NCBI RefSeq assembly: GCF_006345805.1
Contig: NW_021835128.1
Coordinates: forward strand, 1 to 52,227
Direction: 5' to 3'
From: Octopus sinensis
Lineage: Eukaryota
Length of the DNA: 52,227 nt
A model generated the notes under the pieces. The model saw only the letters and a program-made list of their open reading frames with translations, did not search any database and had not been told where the DNA came from. Within the stretch, counting starts at the first letter, position 1. The number at the start of each line of letters is the position of its first letter. This document shows, piece after piece, positions 26,152 through 38,915 of the stretch. The position numbers were made by a program, and so were the translations under genes.

Positions 26152-26239
26152 ACTTCACAGCTTTATTTACGATTCCAGGACTTCACAGCTTTATTTACGA
26201 TTCCGGGACTTCACAGCTTTATTTACGATTCCGGGACTT
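26152..26239. repeat. 28-bp minisatellite, 3 copies
   Basis: ACTTCACAGCTTTATTTACGATTCC(A/G)GG x3, then ACTT. Confidence 0.95.
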
Positions 26240-27012
26240 ATTTCATCGCCCCAAAATGAACCATAGAAAAACTACCCGAGATAAAAATAAGTTCCCGGCT
26301 CGGTTTGATTATTGAATTCCAGTATAGGCGCAGTCAAAAACCCAGAACAAAGTAAAAATGTAGTTTACATGTTTGTGTATATGTGTGTGTGCATGCATGC
26401 GTGCGTGTGTGTGTTTGTGTGTGTGTGTGTGTGTGTTTCTATGTGTGTGTGTTTGTGGGTGCGTGTGTGTGTGTGTGTACGCGCGCGCTTGCATGTTGGG
26501 TATGGCTGCGTGGTCAAGAAGGCATCGCAACCAAGTTGCTTCGAGTTCAATCAAACCGCAAGGCTCTTTTGTCAACAGTCTTCTATTATAGCTTCAAGTC
26601 GATCAATGTCTCATGGAGGAATTTGATGGATGGAAACTGTACGGAATCCCATCATGTGTGCATGTGTGTGATAATATTAGGGACATTTCGTAAATACAAT
26701 AATATCTTTTCGTGAAAATGTAACAAACTATAGAATTTGATAAAATTATGCCACTCCAATTCGCAATATTTTAGGGACGTGGTGTAGTAGGTATTATTGA
26801 ATTGAGTACATAACTTATTAGAGCCAGCAATGATGCCTCTACCATTTATCTGACTATCTTCTTTTCCTGCAAGAAAAAGGAAGGAACCAAACCTACAGTA
26901 AATAGCCACCTACTGTTTAAAACAAGAAATGCGAGTTCGTACTGGATGGCATAATCATTGACATCTCAAATACGAAATTGTCACAGCTCGAACAACTGCA
27001 TATTAATGCTAA

Positions 27013-27215
27013 GGCGACTAGCTGGTAAAATCGCTAGCAATCCAGGCAAAATGCTTCGCGGCATTCTGTCTGTCTTTATGTTCTGAGTTCAAATTCCACC
27101 GAAGTCGACTTTTATTTTCATTCTTTCGGGGGTAGATAAAACAAGTATCAGTTGAACACTGATTATTCCCCCCACCCGAAATTGTTGACCTCGTACCAGA
27201 ATTTAAAAACATTAT
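27013..27215 (+). mobile_element. SINE family B, decayed copy with tail 2
   Basis: GAGTTCAAATTCC..GTCGACTTT..CATTCTTTCGG core. Confidence 0.75.
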
Positions 27216-27639
27216 TTACTAATGCTGATTTAGAGGCAAAACACCGGCAACATCTAAAATCATTTTCTTGTCTCAATAGGCATTTGAACTTAGAACAAAA
27301 ATAAACCAAAATATTTTCGCTTTTGTCAGGCTTTTAGTAATTTTTCCTCATTCCTAGAGTCGCTATTACACTAATTATCGATGTTTAGCTTTGAGACAAT
27401 TCCGCATAATTTGGTTTGGGGATTATTGCTACTTAGCTACTTTGGACATTAACCAATACGAAGAGCCGCTAGGTTCCGGTATACAATCTTTTCTGCTGTG
27501 TTCACAATCACTTGGATTACTAATTTTCTACATACCCTTCTTGGATTCAATTAGTTCTACCATGAAATATAACTGATTTATTTCACCGACATTGGAAGAA
27601 CGGAAGGTAAAAATCCATCTAAGCAGAGTATGGACTCTT

Positions 27640-27885
27640 GAATAAAGCTCCCTGGATGTCATATCTCGGGTTACCCAGTTTGCAGGGCGTATAAGTGATT
27701 GATGTGGCAACATTCTTTTTGAATGGAGCGTCAGTCCACAGTAGGGTTTCACTTTTACAACTAACTGAACTGGAACAACGTGATATGAAGTATTTTGCTG
27801 AAAAACACGATGCCTCTCCCGGTCAGGGAATCGAAACCACGATCTCACGATCGTAAGTGCAACAAGCTAACCACTAGGCCACGCG
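27640..27885 (-). mobile_element. tRNA-headed SINE family D
   Basis: Reverse complement CGCGTGGCCTAGTGGTTAG..GGTTTCGATTCCC..; related copies at 28327-28624, 45490-45665 and 49180-49375. Confidence 0.7.
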
Positions 27886-27915
27886 TGGTAAATATATATA
27901 TATATAGCATTTTAA

Positions 27916-28146
27916 GGCGGTGAGCTGGCAGAAACGTTAGCACGCTGGGCGAAATGCGTAGCCGTATTTCGTCTGCCGTTACGTTCTGAGTTCAAATTCC
28001 GCCAAGATCGACTTTGCCTTCCATCCTTTCGGGATCGATAAATTAAGTACCAGTTACGCACTGGGGTCGATGTAATCGACTTAATCCATTTGTCTGTCCT
28101 TGTCTGTCCCCTCTGTGTTTAACCCCTTGTGGGTAGTAAAGAGATA
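27916..28146 (+). mobile_element. SINE family B copy (tail 1)
   Basis: Near-identical to 4229-4456. Confidence 0.9.
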
Positions 28147-28326
28147 TGTATATATAGCATTTTTGTTCAGAACTCAATCATTCTCATCAGATTCGCTTAT
28201 ATCATTAAATATGATAATATAATTGAAACTAGCTTACGCACAAAAAGACAGGTAACATATATGCAGCCGTTTGCTAGACAAGGCAAGTTATTCTATTTGC
28301 ATAGGCGGAGTCTTACTGGATAATAT

Positions 28327-28624
28327 GATGGACACCGACCCGTCGAAGACGAAGTATGAGCCTTCACCGTTTACCGAACGAACTGCACAAATGACTTGTT
28401 TATAGTGATCAAATGTATGTGCCGTACATTAGCTCACTCCCACCATCAAATCGATGTTATTTGAATAGGTGCACTGTGTACAGCGCGTCAGGAGTCGAAG
28501 TGATTGGAGAGCAACGTGAGATAAATGTTTTGTTCAAGAACACAACGCGCTGCCCGGTCTAGGAATTGAAACCACAATCTTTTGTTCGTGAGTGCAACAC
28601 CCACACTACTAGGCCATGCGCCCT
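28327..28624 (-). mobile_element. tRNA-headed SINE family D variant (different 3' half)
   Basis: Reverse complement GGGCGCATGGCCTAGTAG..GGTTTCAATTCC..GTGTTCTTGAACAAAACA. Confidence 0.7.
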
Positions 28625-28939
28625 CACTGGATAATATATTGGTACATAATGTTCAAAAGAAGTAAACGATGGTCAAGTGTGGAACATCTTACATCGTAGG
28701 TCTGCTTGATCAGCGATGACCTGGGGCTAACCAATACCAGTACCAATTAATTAAATGAAAATAAAACTTACATATTTACTCAATGTGTAACTTTAAAATT
28801 AAGCAAAAAATATATAAATATCAGTTTAGAAGCAAAACAAAAACACGCAGGAATTTTTCTCATTTTGGAGTTTCTTCGAAAATTTTGTACATATGTACTC
28901 ATAGCAAATAGGTTTGGTCTAGCTTATTTACACAAGCAC

Positions 28940-29202
<263 letters not shown>

Positions 29203-30345
29203 CCCCACACACACCGCTAACAAAGATGTTTTTGCGGTAGGGGCACAAAACAGATGTCTCTGGTTATTAGTGCATGTCTACTTCGTTACACAAGCCATGT
29301 GTAGCAATTATTATCGTTGGGTTCGTTCGCATGAACTTCTATCAGTGAACAGAAAGAAACCCTATCTTACACGCTAATTATGTCGCAACAAAATCGTTGA
29401 CGATTTAGGCATATATATATATATATATGTATGTATATATATATATATATATATAATATATATATATACACTATACACACATGCTTGTGACAGTTGCGAA
29501 GCATTACATACTACCATATATCATACATACGAAAGGGCACGAGGGATAATGGAAATGCTATAGTCTTGGGTTCTCTTTACGTGGGCAAAATGGGTGATGG
29601 GCACAGCTAGGATGCCATTTATCACGCGTCTGCTTGATCAAAACTGGCTTGGGGGTTAAACAATAACAATGTCGATGAATACGGTAAGAACTGCTGTGAA
29701 ATTGTGAAGAACACGATGCTAGTCGAAGTGAGGTGAACCGAGATGGCGAACTGTTTTTGATTATCACGTATGCCAACAAGGAAGACTCAGTCGCTTGCCC
29801 CGCTATAAATAGCAGTCAAAATTCTCTCAGATCACACTGTCGTTTTAAAAAAGGGATTATCTATTCTAGAAATATAGAAGACTTCAGTATGCTCCTTCGT
29901 AAGTATGCACCTTCATAAGTCGGATGTGACCTAAGATTAATTCACGACAACATTTTAGCTTTACAGTTAAATGTTGTCTGGTGCCCGTATTTTTCAATTC
30001 TTGTTTTTTAGTTTTCCTTTTCTTCTTGAAATGACCGCAACTAAGATGCTTTTCTCCCGCGAATTTGTCCCTTTGTAGGTTTGGCAGGTTTTCAGTTTCA
30101 GGTAGGAGTGTGGTCCTCCTCATTTATTAGTGCGCAGAATACACCAGAATTTTACATCAAGTATGACTTATCCAATCAGCACGATAGCAACACTCTGCAA
30201 AACCTATTCTGCGTTGACCAACTAGAACGGAGATGTGTGGAATGTTTTCAAAAGTTTCCTCCTTGTTCATGTGTTCACACTCTGGGTTGTCTTAAGGTTT
30301 CATGAGAAGCTAGTGCATGTACCATCAAAGCGATCTTGAAACACA

Positions 30346-31507
30346 TACGAAAGCGGGCTGAAAAGTTTGTAGGTCAACTATGAAGGAGTGATGCTAGACC
30401 CGTGAAATTTTGCGTGCATTAATTTCAACCTTTGCTAAATACTGCATTGTTTCTTTGGAGGTAAACAGACATTTGACTGTTCAAAGAACACTTCAAAAGT
30501 AACTAGGAGCAATTTCTCTTGAAAAATCAAGAAAATTTGGTAATGTGTTGTTATCGAGTCCCTGCAGAAAAAGGGTTAGCTCCCAATAACATTCATGCTG
30601 ACATAGTTGTTACATTAGGGGAAGATGCTCCAGCTTTATCAACAGTGCAAACGTAGGCAGCTGAATTTAGAAAGGGAACGGGGAGTCTTGAAGATGACCT
30701 AAGGTCTAGGTGTCCTGAAACTTCCACTACCGAGGAAAACATTGGTCGCGTTCACCATATGATCATGGGTGGCAGGTGATTGACTATAAATGAGATTAGC
30801 ATATGAGAGCAATGTGATTAGCATTTCGTATGAGACAGTTGAGAATATTCTGCACAATGAAAACAGCATGACGAAGGTTTTAGCTTGGGGGGTGCCACAT
30901 CATCTGATATGTAATCTTAAGCGCACCAGACTGATCACATGACGGGAAAATTTGACATTGTTTGAGGTAGATACAACTGGTTTCCTTGAAGGTTTCCTAA
31001 GCTTAGAGCAAGCAATAAAGAGACAATCCATGTTGTGGAAACACACCTCGCCTGCTCCAAAAAAGGCCAAGATCGTTTCATCCACAGAGAAAGTTTTTGG
31101 GGATGTAAAAGGCATTGTATTTATCGACTATCTTCAAAAGAGCTGCGCTATCGATGCAGAGAACTATGCCAACTTGTTAAGGCAGTTATGAAAGATATCA
31201 GGACAAAAAAGGCCAGAAAAACTGACGAAAAGAGTCTTGTTTCATCAACGCAATACTCCAGCACACAACATTGTTGTATGTAACTGTGTCTTTCAGTTGG
31301 TCGTCCTCCCATTTCTCCTGATTTGGCTCCATCTGACTATCATCCGTTCCCCAACATAGAAAGCACTTAGCTGGTAACCAGTTTCGCAACGATGAATCAA
31401 GAACTGTGTGGACCGTAAGGGTGTCTGCGTTGAGAAATAAACCGAATTTAGTCACATTCCATGAGAGTATTTTGGTCTGTACAATAACATTTCAGCCGAC
31501 TTACGTA
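30346..31507 (+). mobile_element. Decayed mariner transposon with both TIRs and TA target duplication; transposase pseudogene
   Basis: Left end TACGAAAGCGGGCTGAAAAGTT; right end, reverse-complemented, TACGTAAGTCGGCTGAAATGTT. Fragments read LGEDAPALSTVQ, SLEDD.RS, QSMLWKHTSPAPKKAK, KGIVFIDYLQK, HQ(RN)TPAH and SPDLAPSDY; many stops and frameshifts. Confidence 0.9.
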
Positions 31508-31776
31508 CTTCATTGTCAAGATATCAGTTCTACTTTGGGAAAACAATATGGCAATATTTGATTACCTGAATTGTCAAATTCTTGCGGAAGGCTTGCCCGT
31601 CTTTTGGTGTAACGTATGCAAGCAATAGCAATAATAGCAGGAAATTTTCAAAAAACTAATCACAAAACAAATCACCTTTTTATCGGTATGTATATATATA
31701 CACACACACATACACATATATATAGATATATATCTACACATACATACATACACACATACATACATACATACATACA

Positions 31777-31811
<35 letters not shown>

Positions 31812-31834
31812 GTATATATAAATACATACATATG

Positions 31835-31923
<89 letters not shown>

Positions 31924-31930
31924 CGGAGTT

Positions 31931-32631
31931 GGGGCTACTAACCCCAAGATTCCGAGATATACCTCCCAGCCTTCATCAGGTGTCTTGGGGAAATTTTGAA
32001 CCTGAGATCTCATTCCTAATGTAGTTTTCGATGTTGTTGTTGTTATTATTATTATTATTGTTATTATTATTATTATTGAGTGAGAGAGCAGTTCATGCCA
32101 TCAAAGTGACACTGGGGTAAAATATACGAAGCCCAATATACCCATCATGACTACCCGTCTGATAAAGGTACACCAGGCACATGCATCACAACCATATGTG
32201 CGCGACATGGTGATCTCATATCAAGATAAACAGCACATGACCTTGCAGGTGGGGCCCAGTTAGAATTTTGTTCAGGTTGAGTAGCCCATCCCGCTCAAAC
32301 GGTCCCTGAATAAGGGTTGTTTAAGGATGTTGAAAGAACCACCCATGTTTCCAGAGGTGAATTATTTAAACCCCAAAGAATCCCTCTCAACACATGGCTA
32401 TGATGCTCCCCCACTACTTCTGCTCGTGATCAGAGATGCACATATCGTCAGCCACTAAGGGACATGCTCAACTGGTTAAGGTCAAACAACTGACAAGCAA
32501 ATCTGTGGTATTGATCAGAATATTTGCTGTAGCCCATCTTTTATACCAAGACAAAACAATGTACATGATAACACTTCCAATCAGTTAAGATCAGAAGCCA
32601 TGAGAGCCACTGCCTGGTACTGCATCAGGGC

Positions 32632-32675
<44 letters not shown>

Positions 32676-32784
32676 TATTATTATTATTATTATTATTATC
32701 ATTATTATTCAGGTCACTGCTTGGAATTGAACTCGGAATTTTGGGATTAGTAGCCTGCGCTCTTAACCACTACTCCATATGCCC
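31931..32784 (-). mobile_element. Family H (tRNA head, (AAT)n, PLE-type hammerhead body): minus copy interrupted by element E and truncated inside the ribozyme
   Basis: Head 32784-32708 (GGGCATATGGAGTAGTGGTTAAGAGCGC..GAGTTCAATTCC); body 32030-31956 with GACAC-CTGATGA-AGGCTG; joined at 31956 to an inverted head fragment (31931-31956). Confidence 0.8.
32078..32634. mobile_element. Unclassified ~557-bp interspersed repeat E flanked by (ATT)n on both sides
   Basis: Same start (GAGTGAGAGAGCAG) and end (GCATCAGGGCATT) as 47107-47599; no ORF of 60 aa or more inside it, no obvious Pol III boxes or TIRs. Confidence 0.8.
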
Positions 32785-32837
32785 AAGATTCCGAGTTCGA
32801 TTCCAGGCAGTGACCTGAATAATTAATAATAATAATA

Positions 32838-33716
32838 ATTTATTCTTTTATTGGCCACAAGGGCTGACACACATGATTAGTAAACATAAAGGGACAAAAC
32901 AGGACGAAAGGTTACAAAGGGTTTTGTCCGTTTGTGAAAAATCCGAGTAAAAAGTTTAACAACGAAAGATTATAACAATGAAAATCTCCCAAAAGGAGGA
33001 GGCGTTACGAAAGGTTCCTGGTGGAAAAAAACCATAAAAGCCAACGGGAGCCTGGTCAAAAAAGGGGGGTAGAGAGTCCCTTTCTCCTTTTATAAAACCT
33101 TTTTCAATCACAGGCGAAACTTAAGAATTGGCCCATTTATACTGGCCATTCTTGCACAATTCACGCACCTTTCAGAAAACTTGCTATCGGACAGCACCCG
33201 TCCTCTCTAACCTCATCTTCCTTTTCAAGTGAAACTTGAAAAAGTTGATGAGGCCTTGACCAAAGAGAAAAGTGTCTGACTTTAGCCCTTTCAAACGGGT
33301 CCACCATACAACCTCTTTCACCACAGCCACTAGGCTCAGGAAAACGGTCTCGCCCTTCTTGTTAAAGGAGGTCGGCGGGGCAATCTTCACTATGGATTCG
33401 GCTGATAGCCGGATCCGTCCTACACGTGACATTAGCTGTTCGACATAAACCCATAGTTCAGCAATACTCGGGCACTGGACGAGTGCGTGCAGAACGGTTT
33501 CGTCGTCCTGGCAACACCTCGGGCAGGCCCGGCTGACGGCACTTCCGTGCCGGTAGAGTTTATCCCGAACAGGCAGAGCCCCTCGGCAGCACTGCCAGGC
33601 GAGCGACCTCTGGAAATTATCCATTGGCCCCGGCCCGAAAGTCCTTCCACAAAAAGTTGAAGAGCAGGCGTACCAGCTGGCCAACCAGCGGTCGGGACAA
33701 GGGACGACGGTTAAGC

Positions 33717-33720
<4 letters not shown>
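32838..33720 (-). mobile_element. 5'-truncated L1/Tx1-clade LINE: ORF2 C-terminal zf-RVT region and 3' UTR
   Basis: ORF 33184-33684: RSLAWQCCRGALPVRDKL..CPRC..ETVLHALVQC (zf-RVT CCHC pattern). The 3' end has AATAAA followed by (TTA)n, and the element sits within an (AAT)n tract. Confidence 0.9.
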
Positions 33721-33754
<34 letters not shown>

Positions 33755-33809
33755 CAACAACATCGAAAAATACCTTAGGAATGAGGACCCAGGTTCGAAA
33801 TTTCCCCAA

Positions 33810-33855
33810 GACACCTGAAGAAGGCTGGAGGGTATATCAGCCGAAACGTTGTGTT
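33810..33855 (+). ncRNA. Minimal type I hammerhead ribozyme of Penelope-like-element type (predicted cleavage after 33850)
   Basis: GACAC-CUGAAGA-A-GGCUG-(10-nt loop)-CAGCC-GAAA-CG-UU|GUGUU: conserved core, 5-bp stem II, 5-bp stem I (GACAC/GUGUU), palindromic ACGU in place of stem III. Confidence 0.8.
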
Positions 33856-34902
33856 AACAACAAACAAGATGAGGACAAATATCCGTCGAATGTAAATACT
33901 GTAAATAGTGTAAAGAAAACCTTATTCCCCACTCACCACAAGCGCACCTTCCCGATCACCCTAAATTCCTTCACTATTAATCATTTGTCCAGAACACTAT
34001 TTCATAACTGCTTCGTGCAACTCTCTTTCTGTCTTCATTTCTTTAGTCAATGATTCCTGTCAGCATACGTAATAAGCTACAGTTCAATATGTTAGTAACT
34101 CACTAATTGAACTGGAAACTGAGCACCAGCTGCTTTTGACATGTCAAACCAACGACTGCACACTCATAATACACCGCACGCATCACATACAAATAGACGC
34201 GCACATACAGAAATACGCAAATACGCATAATGCTTTTGCATACATGCATACGTAAGTAAACATTTCTCTCATTCGCTCTTTTTTCCTCGGTCTTTGTGGT
34301 GAGTGTACGCGTGTATGTCGGAGCAAACACACACACACACACACGCACACACACACACGCACACACACAAACGCGCGCACACACACACACATAGCGGCAA
34401 ACATAAATACAGGCGCACACACATGTATGTGTCTGTTGAAATATGACTAGATAGACTGATTTAAATGCAAACATACGTATATATATGTATATATAAATAT
34501 ATGCGTATGGGTTTTTGCATATTCATACACACACACACACACACATACACGCAAATGCATATGCAAGTACATGTGCATGTAAGAATTATACGCATGTGTG
34601 TGTGTGTGTGTGCATACACACATACATACACACACATTTATATATTATACATACACGCAAATTCATACAAACACACATAGGCGCACGCACACATATGGAT
34701 GTGTGTATGCGTTGACGTGTTTAAAACTGACCTTTGACATTGTCATAACTCTGAATTTTGCTGCCAAGAAGTCGTTATATCTTATGACAAGATGAAACAG
34801 CCACGTCAAAGACACATGCGTTGACTAAGTGTTCTCCTCTTTATTTGTAAACTTCAGCTGTAACACAACCAGTAATCTATCTCTCCTCCTTTTTCTCTCC
34901 TT

Positions 34903-34941
<39 letters not shown>

Positions 34942-35192
34942 GTGTCTGCGTACATTATGTGGTGTGTGTGGGCGTGTGCATGTATGTATGCGTGTGTGTA
35001 TTGATATATATATTTGTAAAGCCTCTCTAATAACATGCATAAACACGCCCCACTTACAAAAAATATTTATGCGCATTTCAATGTTCCTGTGTGTGTATGT
35101 ATATCTATCAGCTATATATACATAGATACATACACACACACATATGTACACGCATGCGCACACACTCACGTACACACACATACATACAAACA

Positions 35193-35233
<41 letters not shown>

Positions 35234-35342
35234 CTATATATATATATATATTATAAAGCCATTAGGTTAGCATATATATATATATATATATATATACTTA
35301 CATAAACTTATAGATATATGTGAATGTGCATACATACATACA

Positions 35343-35558
35343 TACGAGGGGTGATGTAAAGCTCCTGGCTTTAAGGATATTGCGAAAGGCCTGACTGGAG
35401 GCCCAAACTTCCGAGTTCTTTTACAAGGCTTAGGAAATCTGAAGGACCGCTGCAGTGTGTTAATCTGAGAGGGGAATATGTTGAGTAAAATCATAATTAA
35501 CCGATCTTCCTGTATTCTCTTTTACCTCTAGCCCGGAACTTTTCAGCACACACTCGTA
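35343..35558 (+). mobile_element. Mariner-derived MITE (~215 bp) with TA ends
   Basis: TIRs TACGAGGGGTGATGTAAAGCTCCTGGCT and, reverse-complemented, TACGAGTGTGTGCTGAAAAGTTCCGGGCT; interior retains the transposase C-terminus (..CVNLRGEYVE*). Confidence 0.8.
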
Positions 35559-37012
35559 CACACACACACACACATACACACACATTCGCACAAATAGATA
35601 CATATATCAACTAACATTCTACTAGATCTCAGTATCCCAACCATTTCTGTCTCGAGGCACCCGTGCCAAGCCTTTCAGAAATCCACGGCACCCCTATTAG
35701 AAAATCTAATATGACAGCTGTTTTTTGATTCAACATCAATATAACAAATAATTGTCCCTGGATAATAACATCTGTATAAGAAAACTATGTCCCTAGAATT
35801 GATAAAATGTTTTCTTTATTTCACCAATGTTGATATAATAAACATAGATAACAATACAAAAATGTAAAAGACAACAATACAAAATAGATGACAATAATAT
35901 TTATTGTTTAAAATAGTATCAAAATGTATTTTTGATTCTAAATGATCAATCATGATACCACATAGGTATGTATATTCGAGGCACATCGGTTGGGGACCTC
36001 TGTACTAGATATATCCTTCCCTTACTCATACAACCAAAGCCCATGAAACCGCATACGCTTCACGAGTAGTTACGCTGCATTTGTACTCACTGCACTCCGC
36101 AAAATTAAGTAATCCTCAACAACCCATCTGAAAGATAACTATCAAGAAAATATAAATTACTTTGTAAATTATAAAGCCATTAGGTTAGCTATCTGTTCAA
36201 ATTGCTCATCTTTTGACCGAATATTTGCAAAATTTTCTGAATTGTTCCCCTCGTCTAATGAAAAATGATAGCTGTGTCTGAAAAACCTTTACATTTAAGC
36301 TGTTACTTTCATAGTCTGTTTAGCATTTAATAACTATAACTGCATATTTAAAAACAATACTTTCACCAGTGTTCACCTGAATGAAGTCACATATCTCCCC
36401 GAAAACGTTATCTCTAATACAGTATCCCTAAAAGTAGCGAGCAATCCCTTAGATATTTCCTTCTCTGGAGGAAGCTATTACAAAGTATAAAATCTCGCCC
36501 CGCTATCCTAATTCCTAAAAGAAATTTTCTTTCTCTGTCATCTTTTCATTCTGGTAGCTTGACATCCCTCACCTTAGTAACAATCATTATAGTTTCTTTC
36601 CTCAGAGGTATAGCATAATTGTTTTTCTGTACTATAAAGTAAAAATAGCGTCAAAAGCTATTTTTTTTACTTTTGTCATCAATAATAACATCGGCTTTGT
36701 CTACCATAATAACCGCCAAAATTCGTTGCTCGCTTGTAAGATTTAACTGCGTTTCATCTCTTCAAACGTGTGTGTTTAACGTTTTTCTTTCTGGCACAAA
36801 TTTATCAAATTTATACCTGGTCTACACGAGATTTGATTATATCTGTCACATACTTTCATCTTTGCGCTAAGGATCTACTTACTGTTATGAGTAAACAACC
36901 GCCACCTAATATATATTAAAGAAAAAATTTCTTTAATAATAAATATAAGCATGACAAATACACTTGTCAACCCTTACAGGTACTTCCATGAAATAGTATT
37001 CATCATTGATAT

Positions 37013-37420
37013 TCTTTTATTTGTTTCAGTCACTAAACTGCGGCCATGCTGGGACACCACCACCTTGAAGAACTTTTAGTCGAATGAATCGACCCCACTA
37101 CTAATTTTTTTGAAACCTTGTACTATTTTATCGGCCTTTTTTGCCGAACCGCTAATTATGGAGACGTAACCACACCGATACTGGTTGTCAAACGGTCAAA
37201 CAAAGATATAAAGACACAGAAACACACACACTCTCACACATATATTTATATACATATATATACAATGAATTTCCTTCAGTTTCCGTCTACGAAATCTACC
37301 CACGAGGCTTTGGTCGACCCGAGACTATGGTAGAAGACACATACCCAAGGTGGAACAGAGTGGGACTGAACCCTGAAACATGTGGTCTGGAAGTAACCTT
37401 CCATCCACACAGCTACGCCT
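37013..37420 (-). mobile_element. SINE family A, decayed complete copy
   Basis: Tail, short microsatellite and head all in reverse orientation. Confidence 0.8.
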
Positions 37421-37857
37421 GTTCTTATTTGTAACAATTTGAATTTAAACTCTAGCTATATCATTCATGTTTGAAAATACTTTTAGTCTGCACCATTTGC
37501 TGACCCTCATCAAAATACAGAGGTTACTTAAATTTCTTCAAAATTTACATATTCGGAATGCCTCTTTACTTCTGCAAATATCTGAATCTATATTCTCACC
37601 TAAAGATTATACCGTTCACTGGGGGAAAAATACTCACCAATGGAATACGGGGATGAATCATCAGACGAGCTACTTTCAACAATTCATCCTGTTACTTTCA
37701 ACGTTTCTTTAAGAATCTTTTCCTTTGAAACAGCAATCTGTGTACCTCTCCAGAAAGCAAACTATACATTCATTTCGCACGTTCTCCTTAAAATGTGATG
37801 CCTCACTTTAAACCTCGTTCTAAACGCATTCTCTTCTCATTATTTTACCCAAATTTA

Positions 37858-38285
37858 GGTGGCGAACTGGCAGAATCGTTATTATGCCGGGCGAAATGCT
37901 TAGCGGCATTTCGTCTGTCTTTATGATCTGAGTTCAAATTCTGCCGAGGTCAACTTTGATTTTCCTCTTTTCGAAGTCGATAAATTAAGTACCAGTTGCG
38001 TACTGGGGTCGATCTAATCGACTGCCCCCCTCCCCCAAAATTTCGGGCCTTGTACCTAGAGTAGAAAAGAAAAGTCTATGTTACCCATAATTAGGCGGTA
38101 AGCTGGCAGAATCGTTCGCAAGTGGACAAGCTTAGCAACATTTTGTCCTTGTTTACGTTCCGAGCTCCAATGGTCAACTTTTCATCTTTTTCGGTTTGAA
38201 TACAAAAATTATCAGTTGCATACTGGGGTTGATGGTATCGGCTAGACTCTCTTTCCATAAAATTTCATCACAAAAAGGATTATTT
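37858..38285 (+). mobile_element. Two tandem SINE family B copies (37858-38070 with tail 2; 38094-38285 decayed)
   Basis: Both start GGCG(G/A).(A)CTGGCAGAATCGTT. Confidence 0.75.
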
Positions 38286-38545
38286 TATCCATGATATAAA
38301 TATCAACCCTCGGAGTTCTCGGTTGATTATCATTTTTATTGACTCAACGGATTTGGAAGACCTGCATCACTCATACCCAAATATATTTGTATTCAAACTC
38401 ACTCCTCCTTCAGGATTCACACTTGCTTTTTGTAGAAGCATATAAGAATGTATTTATATGCATTTTGTCTTGTACATGCATACATACCTACCTACCTACC
38501 TACCTACATACATACATACATACATACATATATACATATCTTTTT

Positions 38546-38915
38546 ATCTTTTTATTGCGGCCATGCTGGTGCACCACCATGAAGAAGTTCTTTTTTAGTC
38601 GAACAAATCGATCCCAGGACTTATTGTTTTAAAGCCAGGTATTTATTCTATCGGTCACTTTTGCCGAACCTCTAAGTTACTGGGGCAAAACACCAACACC
38701 GGTTATCAAGCTGTTGTTGGGGGAGAGACAAACAAACAAATATATATTCATACGACAGGCCACTTTCAGTTCCTGCCAACCAAATCCACTCACAAGGCTT
38801 TGGTCGCCCGAAGCTATAGCAGATGACACTTGCCCAAGTTGCTTAGCTATGGAACTGAACCAGGAACAATGTGGATCGGAAGCAAACTACTTACCGCACA
38901 GTCACGCCTGCACCT
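38546..38915 (-). mobile_element. SINE family A, decayed complete copy
   Basis: Tail and head modules in reverse orientation. Confidence 0.8.

Larger units (their letters stand above)
32782..33912 (+). mobile_element. Family H plus copy (5'-truncated head 32782-32820; body about 33760-33912) interrupted by the Tx1 LINE
   Basis: B-box GAGTTCGATTCC at 32793-32804; body CATCGAAAAATACCTTAGGAATGAG.. is collinear with 40280-40542. Confidence 0.8.

Noticed and set aside
26152-26239. 28-bp direct repeats as a CRISPR array
   Set aside because: The repeats are contiguous with no spacers, and the context is eukaryotic.
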